A stretch of DNA of 64,000 nt from Candidatus Zixiibacteriota bacterium (GTDB lineage Bacteria > Zixibacteria > MSB-5A5 > GN15 > FEB-12). Position 1 is the stretch's first letter. The number at the start of each line of letters is the position of its first letter. Shown here piece after piece: positions 9,135 to 19,700 of this stretch. Where the stretch lies: assembly GCA_022571985.1 (NCBI GenBank), contig JACZWU010000002.1:360136-424135 (forward strand), in the 5' to 3' direction. The translations under genes were made by a program, and so were the position numbers. The notes beneath the pieces were generated by a model. The model saw nothing but the letters and a program-made list of their open reading frames with translations. It had not been told where the DNA came from and did not search any database.

Positions 9135-9175
9135 TGGGAGATGATAGTTTACAGACTTGCTTCTATCATCTCCCA
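9135..9175. terminator. Bidirectional hairpin between the convergent prx and thrC-like genes
   Basis: 13-bp stem: tgggagatgatag (9135-9147) paired with ctatcatctccca (9163-9175). T-rich tracts lie on both outer sides. The right arm overlaps the last codons of the minus-strand gene. Confidence 0.5.
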
Positions 9176-10372
9176 GTCTATTTCTTCGTGGATATTAATT
9201 TTGGGAAGTTCAACTTTTTTAGAATCTTTGTATTTTTGACCCGAAGCAGTATTAAAAATCAAAACTCTGTCGTCAGGTTGAATCCAATTCTGGTTTTTCA
9301 AAAGTTCCAGCGCCCCCACGCAGGCGGCTGTCTCAGGACAAATTGAGAGGCCGGTTTTCTCAGATGAGATTTTTGTCCATTCGTCAATCATCTTTTCGTC
9401 AACAGCTATGGCTGTGCCATGGCTTTCGTTAATTGCCTCCAGAATCATAAAGTCGCCAATGGCGGCAGGCACTCTTATACCCCAGGCTATAGTTTTTGCA
9501 TTTTGAAAGGGCCTGGCGAAGCGCTCTCCGCTCTTGAAAGCGTCTACTATCGGGCAGCAGCCGTCTGACTGCACCGCTACCATTCTTGGCATTACATCAG
9601 TTTCCAGCCAGCCTAATGCTCTAAGTTCTTTAAACGCTTTCCACATGCCAATCAAGCCGGTGCCTCCTCCGGTAGGATACAAAATGACATCCGGCAGTGT
9701 CCATCCAAACTGCTGGGCCAGCTCCAGTCCCATCGTTTTTTTGCCTTCGATCCGGTAAGGTTCTTTTAGAGTCGACAGATTAAAACAATTCAGTTTTTCT
9801 CGTGCGGCTGCTGCTATTTTGCCGCAGTCGTTAATCAGCCCGTTTACCAAAAACGCCGAGGCGCCGTATGATAGCGTCTCATATTGATTTGCAACCGGTG
9901 TATCTTCCGGCATAAACACTAAGCATTTCATGTCAGCCTGCCGGGCATAGGCCGCGGCAGCTCCACCGGCATTCCCGGCTGTAGGCAGGGCGATTCTCTT
10001 GACTCCAAAGTGTGCTGCCATGGTAATGGCCACTGACATTCCCCGGCTCTTAAAACTTCCGGTAGGCAGGGTAGATTCATCTTTAATCCAGACATTACTT
10101 AGTCCGAAATCTTTTCCAAGAGATTCTGTTTTGATTAGCGAGGTAATGCGTTCATTAAGTGTGATTATTTTAGCGTTTTTTGGCACAGGCAAAAGTTCGC
10201 GCCAGCGCCAGATGTCGGCCGGTCTATTTGAGAGATCGTCTTTGGTAAGCGCAGCGGCTACTTTTTCCAGGTCATAGCGGACCCAAAGTGGTCTGTCTTT
10301 GTGGGTGGTTTGGAGTTCATTAGCTGGAAATTTGGTGCCGTCGAGAGCGCTTTCGAGTTCTGTTACAAACAT
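9149..10372 (-). CDS. Threonine-synthase-family PLP-dependent enzyme
   Basis: The PLP-lysine motif PTGSFKSRG (ThrC has TGSFKDRG), then PTAGNAGGAAAAYA and YPTGGGTGLIGMWKAF. The overall layout parallels short-form ThrC. Confidence 0.7.
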   Translation of the reverse strand: MFVTELESALDGTKFPANELQTTHKDRPLWVRYDLEKVAAALTKDDLSNRPADIWRWRELLPVPKNAKIITLNERITSLIKTESLGKDFGLSNVWIKDESTLPTGSFKSRGMSVAITMAAHFGVKRIALPTAGNAGGAAAAYARQADMKCLVFMPEDTPVANQYETLSYGASAFLVNGLINDCGKIAAAAREKLNCFNLSTLKEPYRIEGKKTMGLELAQQFGWTLPDVILYPTGGGTGLIGMWKAFKELRALGWLETDVMPRMVAVQSDGCCPIVDAFKSGERFARPFQNAKTIAWGIRVPAAIGDFMILEAINESHGTAIAVDEKMIDEWTKISSEKTGLSICPETAACVGALELLKNQNWIQPDDRVLIFNTASGQKYKDSKKVELPKINIHEEIDWEMIEASL

Positions 10373-10400
10373 TATGGGACGGCTCTTCAGCCTATGCTAT

Positions 10401-12077
10401 TCAGTCACTGTTGACAAAGAAATCAGCTGCCAGCCGCTCGGTAATATCGATAATTTTTCGATCAAGTTCACCCAGCGCGCCACGCTCGATTAAACCATCG
10501 ACTGCTTTGTGGAGCAGCACATATTGATCTCTGATAGGTATAAGTGCGGGATAGTATTCATTGATAAAAAACAGCCTGAAACTCTTAAATTCGACCGGGT
10601 CATTAAGCATTCTGCCGATAGTTTTTTCAAGCTCAGCATCGCTAAGATTAAAAAGTGACTCTTTGGTTGAGCGCATTAATAGGCGGGTCTTATCAACACT
10701 TTCGGTGCACTTAAAACTTATTTTCCACCAGGTCATAACGCCAAAGGAAGTTACTGCCAGAACGTTAACATCGATTCTGTTCTCTTTTTCGTTGATGGTG
10801 ACGCCCTTCATGAAAGAAAAATAGATATTGTCAGTAATGCAGCCAAAGGCAGCAATGCCTCCGGCAAACGGATCTTCTAATATATCCTGAATTGTAAAAT
10901 ACGGCTTTTGTTCAAAGCGTGCATCTTGAATCATTATGTATTCATCTTCGGTAAAGTGAAAGCGTTCTTTCCAGACGGCTTCAGGAGTAATATCTTTGCG
11001 GGTTAATACAGACTGGCTGGTGAGCATGCCAATAGCCTGTCCCCCCCGCCAGATAAGAGGCAGGGCGCCCACAACCCATTCGGCAGAGCCTCCAATTTCC
11101 CCTATCATGGTGTTTAAGCCGCGCCCGTTGCTAAAATTTAGTCCTTCGGCACCAAGAATTATGGCCGGAAAAAGGTCGCCGTCTTTGTCATAGGGTGTGG
11201 CCACGCCGGCTTTATTGAGGGTGTCCATGGCCAATTGGTGTCTGGGGCGATCAATAAAGAATGAACTGATTTTTTCTATGGAATTATAGCCATAGGCTTT
11301 GGCCATTATTTCTGCTGATTCTACAAGATTTACAAAGCGCGGATTGAATTCTTCGAAATACGCGCTGGCCATCCACCTTTGAACATATATATCCGGCAGG
11401 TGGCGTTTTACGTTTGATTCCGTAACGAACAGGGCTGTAAAACTGGAGTGCAGACCCATGATGGATTTGGTAGTGCCATCGATTACATCATTTCCCATCG
11501 AAAGCAGTGCCACCGGCCGCGGCATCGGCAAACCGTAGCGCTGGCGATGCTCAGCTTTGCCAAAGAGCGTGCCAACGGCAATAGTAGGATTTCCGCCGAC
11601 TTCTTTACCCGGTTTTGCTCTGACTCCCTCGGTAATAGTCGATTCAATCAGAACTTCTTCACCGACCGGTAAAGTTTCTGTGGTGCGCTGCAAGACATCA
11701 CCCATAACCTGTGCTGCTGTTCTGTCATTGGCTCGTTTTAAGGCATTGGCTGCTTCTTTGGTTCTCTGGTCTTTGGGAATTCTGTTCAGTCCGTCTCGCC
11801 CATGAAGTGAAACGGCGATGGCTGATAAGGCTGCTGAGACTATGATAGATTGCCTGAGCTGCCTGTTTCTGAGAGCGCTGAAATTTGATTTGTTATGATA
11901 GCTGTCATCAAGATGGACAATTGAGAGATCGGCGACTTCAAGGTCGTAGGCTCTCAGGCAGACGCTGTGGCGGTGGTTAAATTCCAGGATGCGGTCGTGA
12001 TTAAAATTGTCCTCATCTCTTTGCCCGTTGTAAATTGGGGGGGAGTCTGTAATGTCGAATCTAAGCTTGTTGTTCAT
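10401..12077 (-). CDS. Divergent long-form GlpX-like (class II fructose/sedoheptulose bisphosphatase family) protein
   Basis: By eye it aligns to E. coli GlpX blocks as I recall them. NDVIDGTT aligns to VDPIEGT, FIDRPRHQ to ILAKPRHD, and IGEIGGSAEWVVGA to YGIGGAPEGVVSAA. At 558 aa it has N- and C-terminal extensions relative to GlpX. Confidence 0.45.
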   Translation of the reverse strand: MNNKLRFDITDSPPIYNGQRDEDNFNHDRILEFNHRHSVCLRAYDLEVADLSIVHLDDSYHNKSNFSALRNRQLRQSIIVSAALSAIAVSLHGRDGLNRIPKDQRTKEAANALKRANDRTAAQVMGDVLQRTTETLPVGEEVLIESTITEGVRAKPGKEVGGNPTIAVGTLFGKAEHRQRYGLPMPRPVALLSMGNDVIDGTTKSIMGLHSSFTALFVTESNVKRHLPDIYVQRWMASAYFEEFNPRFVNLVESAEIMAKAYGYNSIEKISSFFIDRPRHQLAMDTLNKAGVATPYDKDGDLFPAIILGAEGLNFSNGRGLNTMIGEIGGSAEWVVGALPLIWRGGQAIGMLTSQSVLTRKDITPEAVWKERFHFTEDEYIMIQDARFEQKPYFTIQDILEDPFAGGIAAFGCITDNIYFSFMKGVTINEKENRIDVNVLAVTSFGVMTWWKISFKCTESVDKTRLLMRSTKESLFNLSDAELEKTIGRMLNDPVEFKSFRLFFINEYYPALIPIRDQYVLLHKAVDGLIERGALGELDRKIIDITERLAADFFVNSD

Positions 12078-12179
12078 TTATAATGTACCTGCCACAATAA
12101 ATGACAATTTATAAGAAAAAATAGTAACTGCAAGTACCGAAAACGGGGATTTGATAAGAATATTCGGCAAAGAGAACTG

Positions 12180-14747
12180 CTACATTATAACCACAAATTT
12201 GCCGATTTGGGTGCTGCCGTCGGGCATTTCCACGCTCCAGTAGTACAAACTTGAGACAATCAGCTGTCTGTTACGGGTGATTAAGTCCCATTGGGCATGG
12301 CTAAAAGTAGGGTCAAAAGGGCTGACATCGTGGGACAGCTCTCTGATGAGGTCACCATCTATAGAAAAAATTCGAATAGTGCACTTTGGCGGCAGATTGG
12401 CAAAATGAATAGCGCGCACTTTGTCTCTGGGAAGAAAGTCCTGAGTGAGACCCTCGAACCCCTGTCCACGATAATCAACATCATTTCGATACGGATTCGG
12501 ATATACGAAAATATCTTTAAATTCTCCGCTTAAGGCTTCGGCCGAACCTGATACAAACGCTTCTATTGTTCCCAGCACTTTCGATGTCTCCAGCGGCTCG
12601 AGGCCGGTTTCGGGAGAGCCAAAATCGAAAGCAGTCACATTCATATAATATGGCACAGTAGCCAGCAGTTTATTTATTTCAAATTCGTATTCATAGAACT
12701 TGAAATAGCCGTCATCTGTATAGTCATCCGGTACCGGGGGAATAGAAGGTAAAAGCTGATTGGGGAACCTTTTCACAATCGGAGTTGTCGACCCAAACTG
12801 GTCTGCGTTTGAACCATGTTTGGCAAAATAGAAGATTGAGTCCGGATAAAAGGGATGAATGTAGGGGCTGCTTGGTCTGTAATTGAGCGGATCAAATAGC
12901 GAATCTCCGCATGGATTCGGGAATCTGCCATAGGCGCATTGCAACTCTTCTAAGGTGTACGGTGTGCTGATTTCCATGACAAAACCGGGCCGTGGTTTCA
13001 GGAGCGGATTATAGATAAATTTTCTGAAGTTTTTGCGGTCATATGAGGCTACCAGACTAAAACTGCTTTCCCTGTCGTCGCGGCCGATGTAAACGTTGTA
13101 GCCCTCAAAATCAATTATTCCGGAAAATATATCTTTGGTCGTTTCCGATCTGCCACCGTTGAACCTGACTTTCAACCCGTTGACAGCCTGGCTCAGCCAT
13201 ACTTTTGGCGCCGGCGGCGGGGAGGCCGCTTTCCAGTCAGGGACGCCATCGCCGGTATAATATGTGGTTTCAGCTACCGAAATTTCCCAGACACTGTCAA
13301 TTAAGACCGTATCCAGTATGCAAACCGCGAAATCACCGAAGTATCCGTCGCCGTCTGTATCTACTCCCGGATTATCGTATACCCAGCCGGCCCAGATGGC
13401 GTTATCACCCAAGTCAGAGAAATCCAGGTATTCATAAAATCTTGCCGGGTCGTTGTTGGCAGCCAGCAATCTTTTCCAGACCCAGGCATTGGTATGTAAT
13501 TGTTCGCCGCCAACATACGCCAGGGGAAAGCTTACTTTGCTTCCCGGCTGCATCGTATACGGGCCTATTGATAAAAGCCATTGAATGTCATTTCCGCTGG
13601 ACATAATTCTTGCTATGGCAGGATCAGGCTGAACCCAGGTAGGGTTAAATGGAGAAATTGAAGCAGTCCAGGCCTGGTCGTAGTCAACTTCGCCGTTACT
13701 CAGCAAATGATACTTGTTGCGGTCACCTATAGGAGTGCCAATGCCGTTACCCATGCGTCTAAAATTTCGTTTATGCTGCGGACCAAAATCGAAACGGGAG
13801 TTGAGATTAAAAATCCACCAGTTAAACCCGAGTTTTTCATCATAGTCGGGTTTGCCCAGGTAGCGCATGCCCACTACGTTGGCGGCAAACCAGTCCGGCC
13901 CCCAGGAATCGCCGTTATTGTCCGCTGTCCAGGCCAGATTGAGAGTGTGAGTAATCTGGCACTCGCCTTCTTTTTTTGTGTAATTTCTCATAAATCCGCC
14001 CAGGTCATCGATGCCTTCGGTCGGTTCTTTGATGGGCAGGTCCGGTGTCGGGTTTTGATTTTGATTAAGGCGATCCTCATGTACGTCGCCGTCCATGTAG
14101 ATGCCGATATAGACATCTTCAAGAACATTGTCACCAATGTTTTTGATATAGTAATCTATCAGCACAAAATCTTCAGTATAGTCAAATGACCAGGCATAAG
14201 ATGACTGGGTTACTTCTATTCCCAGAGGCCTGTGCCTCCGAAAATCTACAGCATCAAATCCAAGATCCGGTACACCCGATGTAAAGGTGTCTGTATATAT
14301 TGCGATAAAGTCCTGCTCAGAAACTGCTTCATCGAAACCAGAAATAGCCGGGTCTACGCTGCTGCGGTTGGTGATTTCTCCGAAAGGAGGCACGTCGGGG
14401 TTAAATTCTCTGTTTGAAATATTTGATTCAGCAGCCGTAGAGACCAAAGTGTCCCGGCCAACTACAGCGCCAACCCAAAGGCCTGCTTTGTAGAGGTGAA
14501 CGGTGTTTGACTTACGTGGAAATTCAGCCATCAGGATTTTCTTATTGGTAAAGCAATCCCGGTACGGCGGACGCCCCAGAGTGCCGAAATTGGTTATGCC
14601 AAATGACAGCTGGCCGACGTTATGAAGTCCTGAGCAGTATACAGGCAGCTCGGCCGATAAAACAATGCCGCTCATTAATATAATCGAAATAAAAATCAGA
14701 CGGATTATCAAGACCATAGAACTGTTTTGTTTCGGGTTAAAATTCAA
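12180..14747 (-). CDS. Large secreted protein with T9SS/FlgD-Ig-like C-terminal sorting domain
   Basis: N-terminal hydrophobic signal. The C-terminal ~75 aa are KCTIRIFSIDGDLIRELSHD...AQWDLITRNRQLIVSSLYYWSVEMPDGSTQIGKFVVIM. This matches the usual T9SS type-A CTD pattern (I.IY...G.LV..L....WDL......V.SG.Y.Y.V......GKF..I). Confidence 0.6.
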   Translation of the reverse strand: MNFNPKQNSSMVLIIRLIFISIILMSGIVLSAELPVYCSGLHNVGQLSFGITNFGTLGRPPYRDCFTNKKILMAEFPRKSNTVHLYKAGLWVGAVVGRDTLVSTAAESNISNREFNPDVPPFGEITNRSSVDPAISGFDEAVSEQDFIAIYTDTFTSGVPDLGFDAVDFRRHRPLGIEVTQSSYAWSFDYTEDFVLIDYYIKNIGDNVLEDVYIGIYMDGDVHEDRLNQNQNPTPDLPIKEPTEGIDDLGGFMRNYTKKEGECQITHTLNLAWTADNNGDSWGPDWFAANVVGMRYLGKPDYDEKLGFNWWIFNLNSRFDFGPQHKRNFRRMGNGIGTPIGDRNKYHLLSNGEVDYDQAWTASISPFNPTWVQPDPAIARIMSSGNDIQWLLSIGPYTMQPGSKVSFPLAYVGGEQLHTNAWVWKRLLAANNDPARFYEYLDFSDLGDNAIWAGWVYDNPGVDTDGDGYFGDFAVCILDTVLIDSVWEISVAETTYYTGDGVPDWKAASPPPAPKVWLSQAVNGLKVRFNGGRSETTKDIFSGIIDFEGYNVYIGRDDRESSFSLVASYDRKNFRKFIYNPLLKPRPGFVMEISTPYTLEELQCAYGRFPNPCGDSLFDPLNYRPSSPYIHPFYPDSIFYFAKHGSNADQFGSTTPIVKRFPNQLLPSIPPVPDDYTDDGYFKFYEYEFEINKLLATVPYYMNVTAFDFGSPETGLEPLETSKVLGTIEAFVSGSAEALSGEFKDIFVYPNPYRNDVDYRGQGFEGLTQDFLPRDKVRAIHFANLPPKCTIRIFSIDGDLIRELSHDVSPFDPTFSHAQWDLITRNRQLIVSSLYYWSVEMPDGSTQIGKFVVIM

Positions 14748-14830
14748 TTAGTGTAATTTCGCTCAAGTACGAATCTTGTTGGCGAAAGTTGCGGTTATTG
14801 CAGATATCATCCCAGGTAGTCCTGCCAGCT

Positions 14831-15421
14831 TCAATTATAATAAGGGTTAGCACCGGCGGCGTGGTCTGTTATATCATGGATTTCTGTTACTTCGGGAATG
14901 GCTGCTCTTATGGCTTTTTCGATACCTTGCTTTAGAGTGACCGAAGCAGAGGAACAGCCCTGACAGCCTCCGCCCAAACGAAGATAAACTGAAGTTCCTT
15001 CTACATCTGCAAGCTCTACTTGTCCGCCGTGCGAAGCAATAGCCGGGTTAACTTCAGTTTCAAAGAGCTTCTCGATCGTCCGGCGGATATGCTCTTCAGA
15101 CGGCAGCTTCTTCTTGGCATCAGGATCTATAAGACGTTTGCCGCTGCTGATAGCCGAACGGATAGCAGCGCCGACTTTTTTGCCAATCACAGGCCACGGC
15201 TCGCTGCCATCTTTGGCGATGGTCAAAGTATTGCCGGCCACCAGAATTTCCCTGACGCCGGAAATGTCATAGAGTAATTCCAATAGCGGCGAACCTTTGG
15301 CAGTTTCTATATTACGGCAGATAAGACTGCCATCGCTAAGAATCGGATAATCGACAACAAACTTACAGACGAACGGGTCCAGAGTAGGCTGTCCGCTAAT
15401 ATTTATCTCTTTTGAAGCCAT
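14831..15421 (-). CDS. Nfu/NifU-like Fe-S cluster carrier (Nfu_N + NifU C-terminal domain)
   Basis: NPAIASHGGQVELADVEGTSVYLRLGGGCQGCSSASVTLKQGIE contains the CxxC NifU C-terminal motif. Confidence 0.85.
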   Translation of the reverse strand: MASKEINISGQPTLDPFVCKFVVDYPILSDGSLICRNIETAKGSPLLELLYDISGVREILVAGNTLTIAKDGSEPWPVIGKKVGAAIRSAISSGKRLIDPDAKKKLPSEEHIRRTIEKLFETEVNPAIASHGGQVELADVEGTSVYLRLGGGCQGCSSASVTLKQGIEKAIRAAIPEVTEIHDITDHAAGANPYYN

Positions 15422-15437
15422 ATGTTTATTCTACTCT

Positions 15438-16580
15438 CTAAATAGAAAAAGACTTTTGGTCAACTTTTCCCTTTTTGCAGTCTTCGCATTCGCACAATTT
15501 TCTCAGCCTATTAAACGCAAAAATTCCGGTATTGTGCCCGTCAGAAAACGCCACCGCTAAGCCATATCTGCCTACCGGGGAGACCGAAGTTGCCTTGATA
15601 TCTAGCGGCACTTTTTTAGAGTCTATTAGTTTGCGGCCACTGTCTTCATCAACACACTGAGCGCAGGCACAATTAAGACGCAGATAGTAGCCGGAATGCT
15701 TACTCTGATGTCCGTCCGGCCAGGTCATAATCAAGTTATTTTCAGAATCAGTCTTTATGCTTAATGGCTCATTGGCAGATATTTCAGATTCCACCTTTTC
15801 CACTCTTTGGTGAAGAACTTCTGCTAATTTTATAAAAGCCTTCGCACTGGCGGAGTCATTTCCCTCAGCTTCAGCTACAATGGGCGTGCCGCTGTCACCG
15901 CTTTTCATAATGGCCGGGTCTAAAGGCAGAGAGCCCAAAAGTGGCACCTCATATTCATCTGCCAGTCTTTTCCCCCCGCCCGTATCAAAAATTGCTGTTT
16001 CTTCATGGCAATGCGAGCAGATAAAGCCCGACATATTCTCAACCACGCCCAGAATAGGTACATTGACCTGCTGAAACATTCTCAAACCCTTGCGGGCCAC
16101 ACCCAAAGCTACTTCTTGCGGGGTGGTCACGATAACTGCTCCGGAGAGCTGTGCCTGCTGGGCTAAAGTCAGCTGGACATCACCGGTGCCGGGGGGGAGG
16201 TCAATCAAGAGAAAATCCAGCTGGCCCCATTCGACCTGTCCCAGAAACTGGTGAATCATTTTCATAGCCATTGGCGCCCGCCAGATAACCGGGGATTTTG
16301 CATCTAACAGCAGCCCCATGGAGATAAAACTGACCCCGAACTTGTTAATTGGCTTCAGGTAACCGCCGCTGGTATCGGGCCTCTCATCTTTGGAGCCAAG
16401 CATACCGGGCTGGCTGGGGCCATAGATATCGGCGTCAAGAAGGCCGACTTTGTTACCAGCTAAATGAAGCGCCACAGCGAGGTTGGTGGCAATAGTAGAT
16501 TTGCCCACGCCACCTTTGCCGCTGGCAATGGCGATAACGTATTTTATCCGTTCAATACCCAAATCCGGCGATTTCATCAA
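15438..16580 (-). CDS. apbC: Mrp/ApbC/NBP35 Fe-S cluster carrier ATPase fused to a C-terminal DUF971-like Cys-rich domain
   Basis: Deviant Walker A IASGKGGVGKSTIATNLA and the CxxC motif FICSHCHE. The C-terminal domain is TWPDGHQSKHSGYYLRLNCACAQCVDE...VAFSDGHNTGIFAFNRL, the DUF971 pattern. Confidence 0.8.
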   Translation of the reverse strand: MMKSPDLGIERIKYVIAIASGKGGVGKSTIATNLAVALHLAGNKVGLLDADIYGPSQPGMLGSKDERPDTSGGYLKPINKFGVSFISMGLLLDAKSPVIWRAPMAMKMIHQFLGQVEWGQLDFLLIDLPPGTGDVQLTLAQQAQLSGAVIVTTPQEVALGVARKGLRMFQQVNVPILGVVENMSGFICSHCHEETAIFDTGGGKRLADEYEVPLLGSLPLDPAIMKSGDSGTPIVAEAEGNDSASAKAFIKLAEVLHQRVEKVESEISANEPLSIKTDSENNLIMTWPDGHQSKHSGYYLRLNCACAQCVDEDSGRKLIDSKKVPLDIKATSVSPVGRYGLAVAFSDGHNTGIFAFNRLRKLCECEDCKKGKVDQKSFSI

Positions 16581-16691
16581 CTCTCCATTAATGTCTGTTC
16601 CATTAAGGCATATTTGCCAAAGACCCTTAAGTTAATGAAAACTGAGAGGAAAACAACTGTCTGGGGGAAAATGTCTATCTGTTTGCTGTCC

Positions 16692-16721
16692 AATAAGAAA
16701 GACCGCACAATATGCGCGGCC
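16692..16721 (-). terminator. Rho-independent terminator after the 1115-aa gene
   Basis: On the minus strand: GGCCGCGCA-TAT-TGTGCGGTC, a 9-bp stem including 2 G-U pairs (16701-16721). It is followed directly by TTTCTTATT. Confidence 0.6.
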
Positions 16722-16752
16722 TTTGATTATATAATACTTGCCTACGATTGTA

Positions 16753-19700
16753 TTATTGACACGGTCCCCCTGGCGGGCCGCCGCGGAAAATGAAGTCAAC
16801 TATGAAAGTCAAATCCAGAATATTAGACGGGTCGCCGTCGCCATTTATATCGGCTTCTTCGGGGCAAATTGATTCATTTCCGCCTCGGAAGATTCTGTCT
16901 ACTACATATGTCAAGTCCAAAATGTTAGCATCGTTGCCGTCGCCATTGAAATCTCCGCGAATCCCGATACAGCATCCGGCGCCGGAAGTTGACATACTGG
17001 TGAATACAATCTCAGGGATGTCCTTCAACGTGTAGGAGAAGGTCTCAAGGTAATCAAGCTCTCCTGCCAACTCTTCCGAAAGGACCGCGAGCTCATCGCC
17101 AACGAATACTGAGTCTCTGCCACTGGCTTTCGAGTTAGACTTGAAATTGCCCAGAATTTCGAAGTTGATCAAGTCGGGCCATTCAAGCCAATAGCACCAC
17201 GTCCTGGTAGTATCTAGGATTGTAAGCAACTCTTTTTTACAACCGCCAGGCGGTTCCAGCACCCGGGCGACCGAGCCGGTATGACCGGTGATGACCGTAA
17301 CCAACTGACCCAGGTTCCATATTTCGATCCGATGAGTCGGTGAGCCGGGGTAATCGGCGGTTATGTCCCACTCGACACCGTTGATCTTCTCAACCTGCAG
17401 AAAACCAAAATTCTGGCCCGGTATAGTGTTAACTTTACCGGTTGCGCTGAACTTAATGTGGCTGCCTGGGGCAAGGGCACCCGTCAAGTCAAGAGGCTGC
17501 CAATTGGATCTGAATGCTGTTGGACACGTAGGACAGTTGCCTTCGGGGTCGTCCTCCCAGTGCACAGATAAGCCGTCGTTACCTGATGAATCCAGGCGGT
17601 GGACTCGCAATTGATCGAAAGTTACATCTAGTTTGGCATTGCCCAATGTTAAGACGTTCTGTCCGTCGTATTCAACTGAATCAAGAAACGCAACTCCCAA
17701 ATCCTCGGCTACTGCGATAGAAAAGAAGGCTCCTAAAATAATTGATCCAACCGGCCCAGCTCCGAGGCCACCTAACGCGCCGAGGGCATCAGCGACGATG
17801 ATCTTAGTAGCATCAGTAACACGCCCCCCGCCAGTCCAGTAGTTATATGAGTTTTGATATACATCGGCAAAGATAGAAACGGGATAGATTTCGACAGGTG
17901 ACCAGGGCTTATTGATAAAGTCGTTAGTAACGTAATTGAGAATGATCCCGGCCTCAGTGCCGTTAATGGTAAGGTTGTTCAGGTAGTATATTTCGCTGAC
18001 GAGTGAGTCAGTGAAAAAGTCGTTGCCGACTGCCATCTGGTCAAACACGTACGGCACGATTTCATTACTGGTAACAGGGTATCCATACAACGTATCCCCA
18101 TCAATTTCGATCAACAGGCCAAAACCAGTTAACCAATCAACAATGGCCACGCCCTGTTGTTCGGCCGAGGAGGAATCGAAGCCCTGGGAATGTACGTAGT
18201 CTGTCAGGACACCCAGGACGTTTCTCACATCAGCAATTGTAAGATAAGTTTCATTGCCGGTAAGAGGGTTATTTGCATAGAAATAATCGAGCGCTTCATT
18301 GTGATATTCACCGATAGTGAGCATACCATACATGACGTGTTCATCCGTGATTGTGAAGGAAGGAAAGTCGGTGGCCCGAATGTGAACAAGCGATGCCATA
18401 GTATTTTCGGATATCGGATCTTCGGCACGAATTCTTACCTCGTCAGCCATGTATATGCTGTCTCCGATGACTTCAATAGGCACCGCCGATGAAAACGTGA
18501 GTACATCCCAGATCATATGAATGGGAAGGAAAAACCAGCCTAGCCACCACGGATCGATATCGCACGGCCAATAAATCAGATTAAGATCCGGGCCAGTGCG
18601 ATCTGGTATAATTGCCACCAGATTCCCATCATTATATAACTCAATAATCTTATTCACCGAGCCAACATTGCTGAAATCAGTTGTTACCTCGAGAATACCG
18701 CCGATCTTTCGGAATGTAGTCACCCCTACTACCTGGTCAGGGACTGAATCGACTATCCCGATTCCAGTAAACTCTAATGTTGCACCTTCGACCAATGAAT
18801 CGACCGGAGGAAGGCTCGAGAAGTCACTACCAGTCCAGGACATTACTGGTCCTCCGAGATCAATAGCTACACCGTCCTCGCCACTGGGCCCGATATTTCC
18901 AACAGTGAGATTTCCTGATGCGGCTTCCAATGTTGCCTGACCCAATGCTTCATGCCCCAGACCGTACATCTGTATGGCTTCATCAGTAACCAGGAAGTCC
19001 AATATGTCGGCTGCATTGATGTCAACATAGGATATGGCTGAAACTTCTACTGCTGGGTTATCTGGAGTGATCCGTATCTCGTCACCGACGCCCACAGCGA
19101 GACCCATACCGAGGAGTATAGTTGTTGGATCAGGTAGAGTGACAATTATCGAAGCATCTGTGGAAAGAAGAACAAGGATGATTATGATTATGATGATTAC
19201 TAGGATTATCACAAAGCCCTTACTCGTGTGGAGAAAAGTAGCAACACGCCCCGTGACTCCTGATTCAGACGCCACCAGACTGTCTGAGTTCCAGATTTCA
19301 ACAGTTGTCGATGTCGCGCCGACCGGCGACCAATCCGTAAATATATGCACACTATCTCCATCTTTTTCGAGACGAAGGGTTCCAACCGCCTGGTTCGGGA
19401 TACCGTTTACGGTGCCTGTTATTGGGAACTCCATAAAGGATGTACTACTCCATGTATCTGGAATTTGAAGTCCCATATGCACTCCTTCAGACTGTCCGAG
19501 ATCCACCGTGAACCCGTCCTCGCCACTGGGCCCGATATTTCCAACCGTTAAAGCCCCGCCGCTGGTGTCAAGGTTAGCGGCACCCAAAGAGATGTGCTGG
19601 AGACCAAATATCGTGACGGTATCCGACTGGCACTCAAAGTCTTCACAGAAAGTACCGTCGCCGAAGTAGGTGCCGCCGGAGTCGAGACAATTAACTTCAG

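Noticed and set aside
9134-9346. A 70-aa plus-strand ORF after prx.
   Set aside because: It overlaps the 3' end of the well-supported ThrC-like gene on the opposite strand and starts inside the terminator hairpin.
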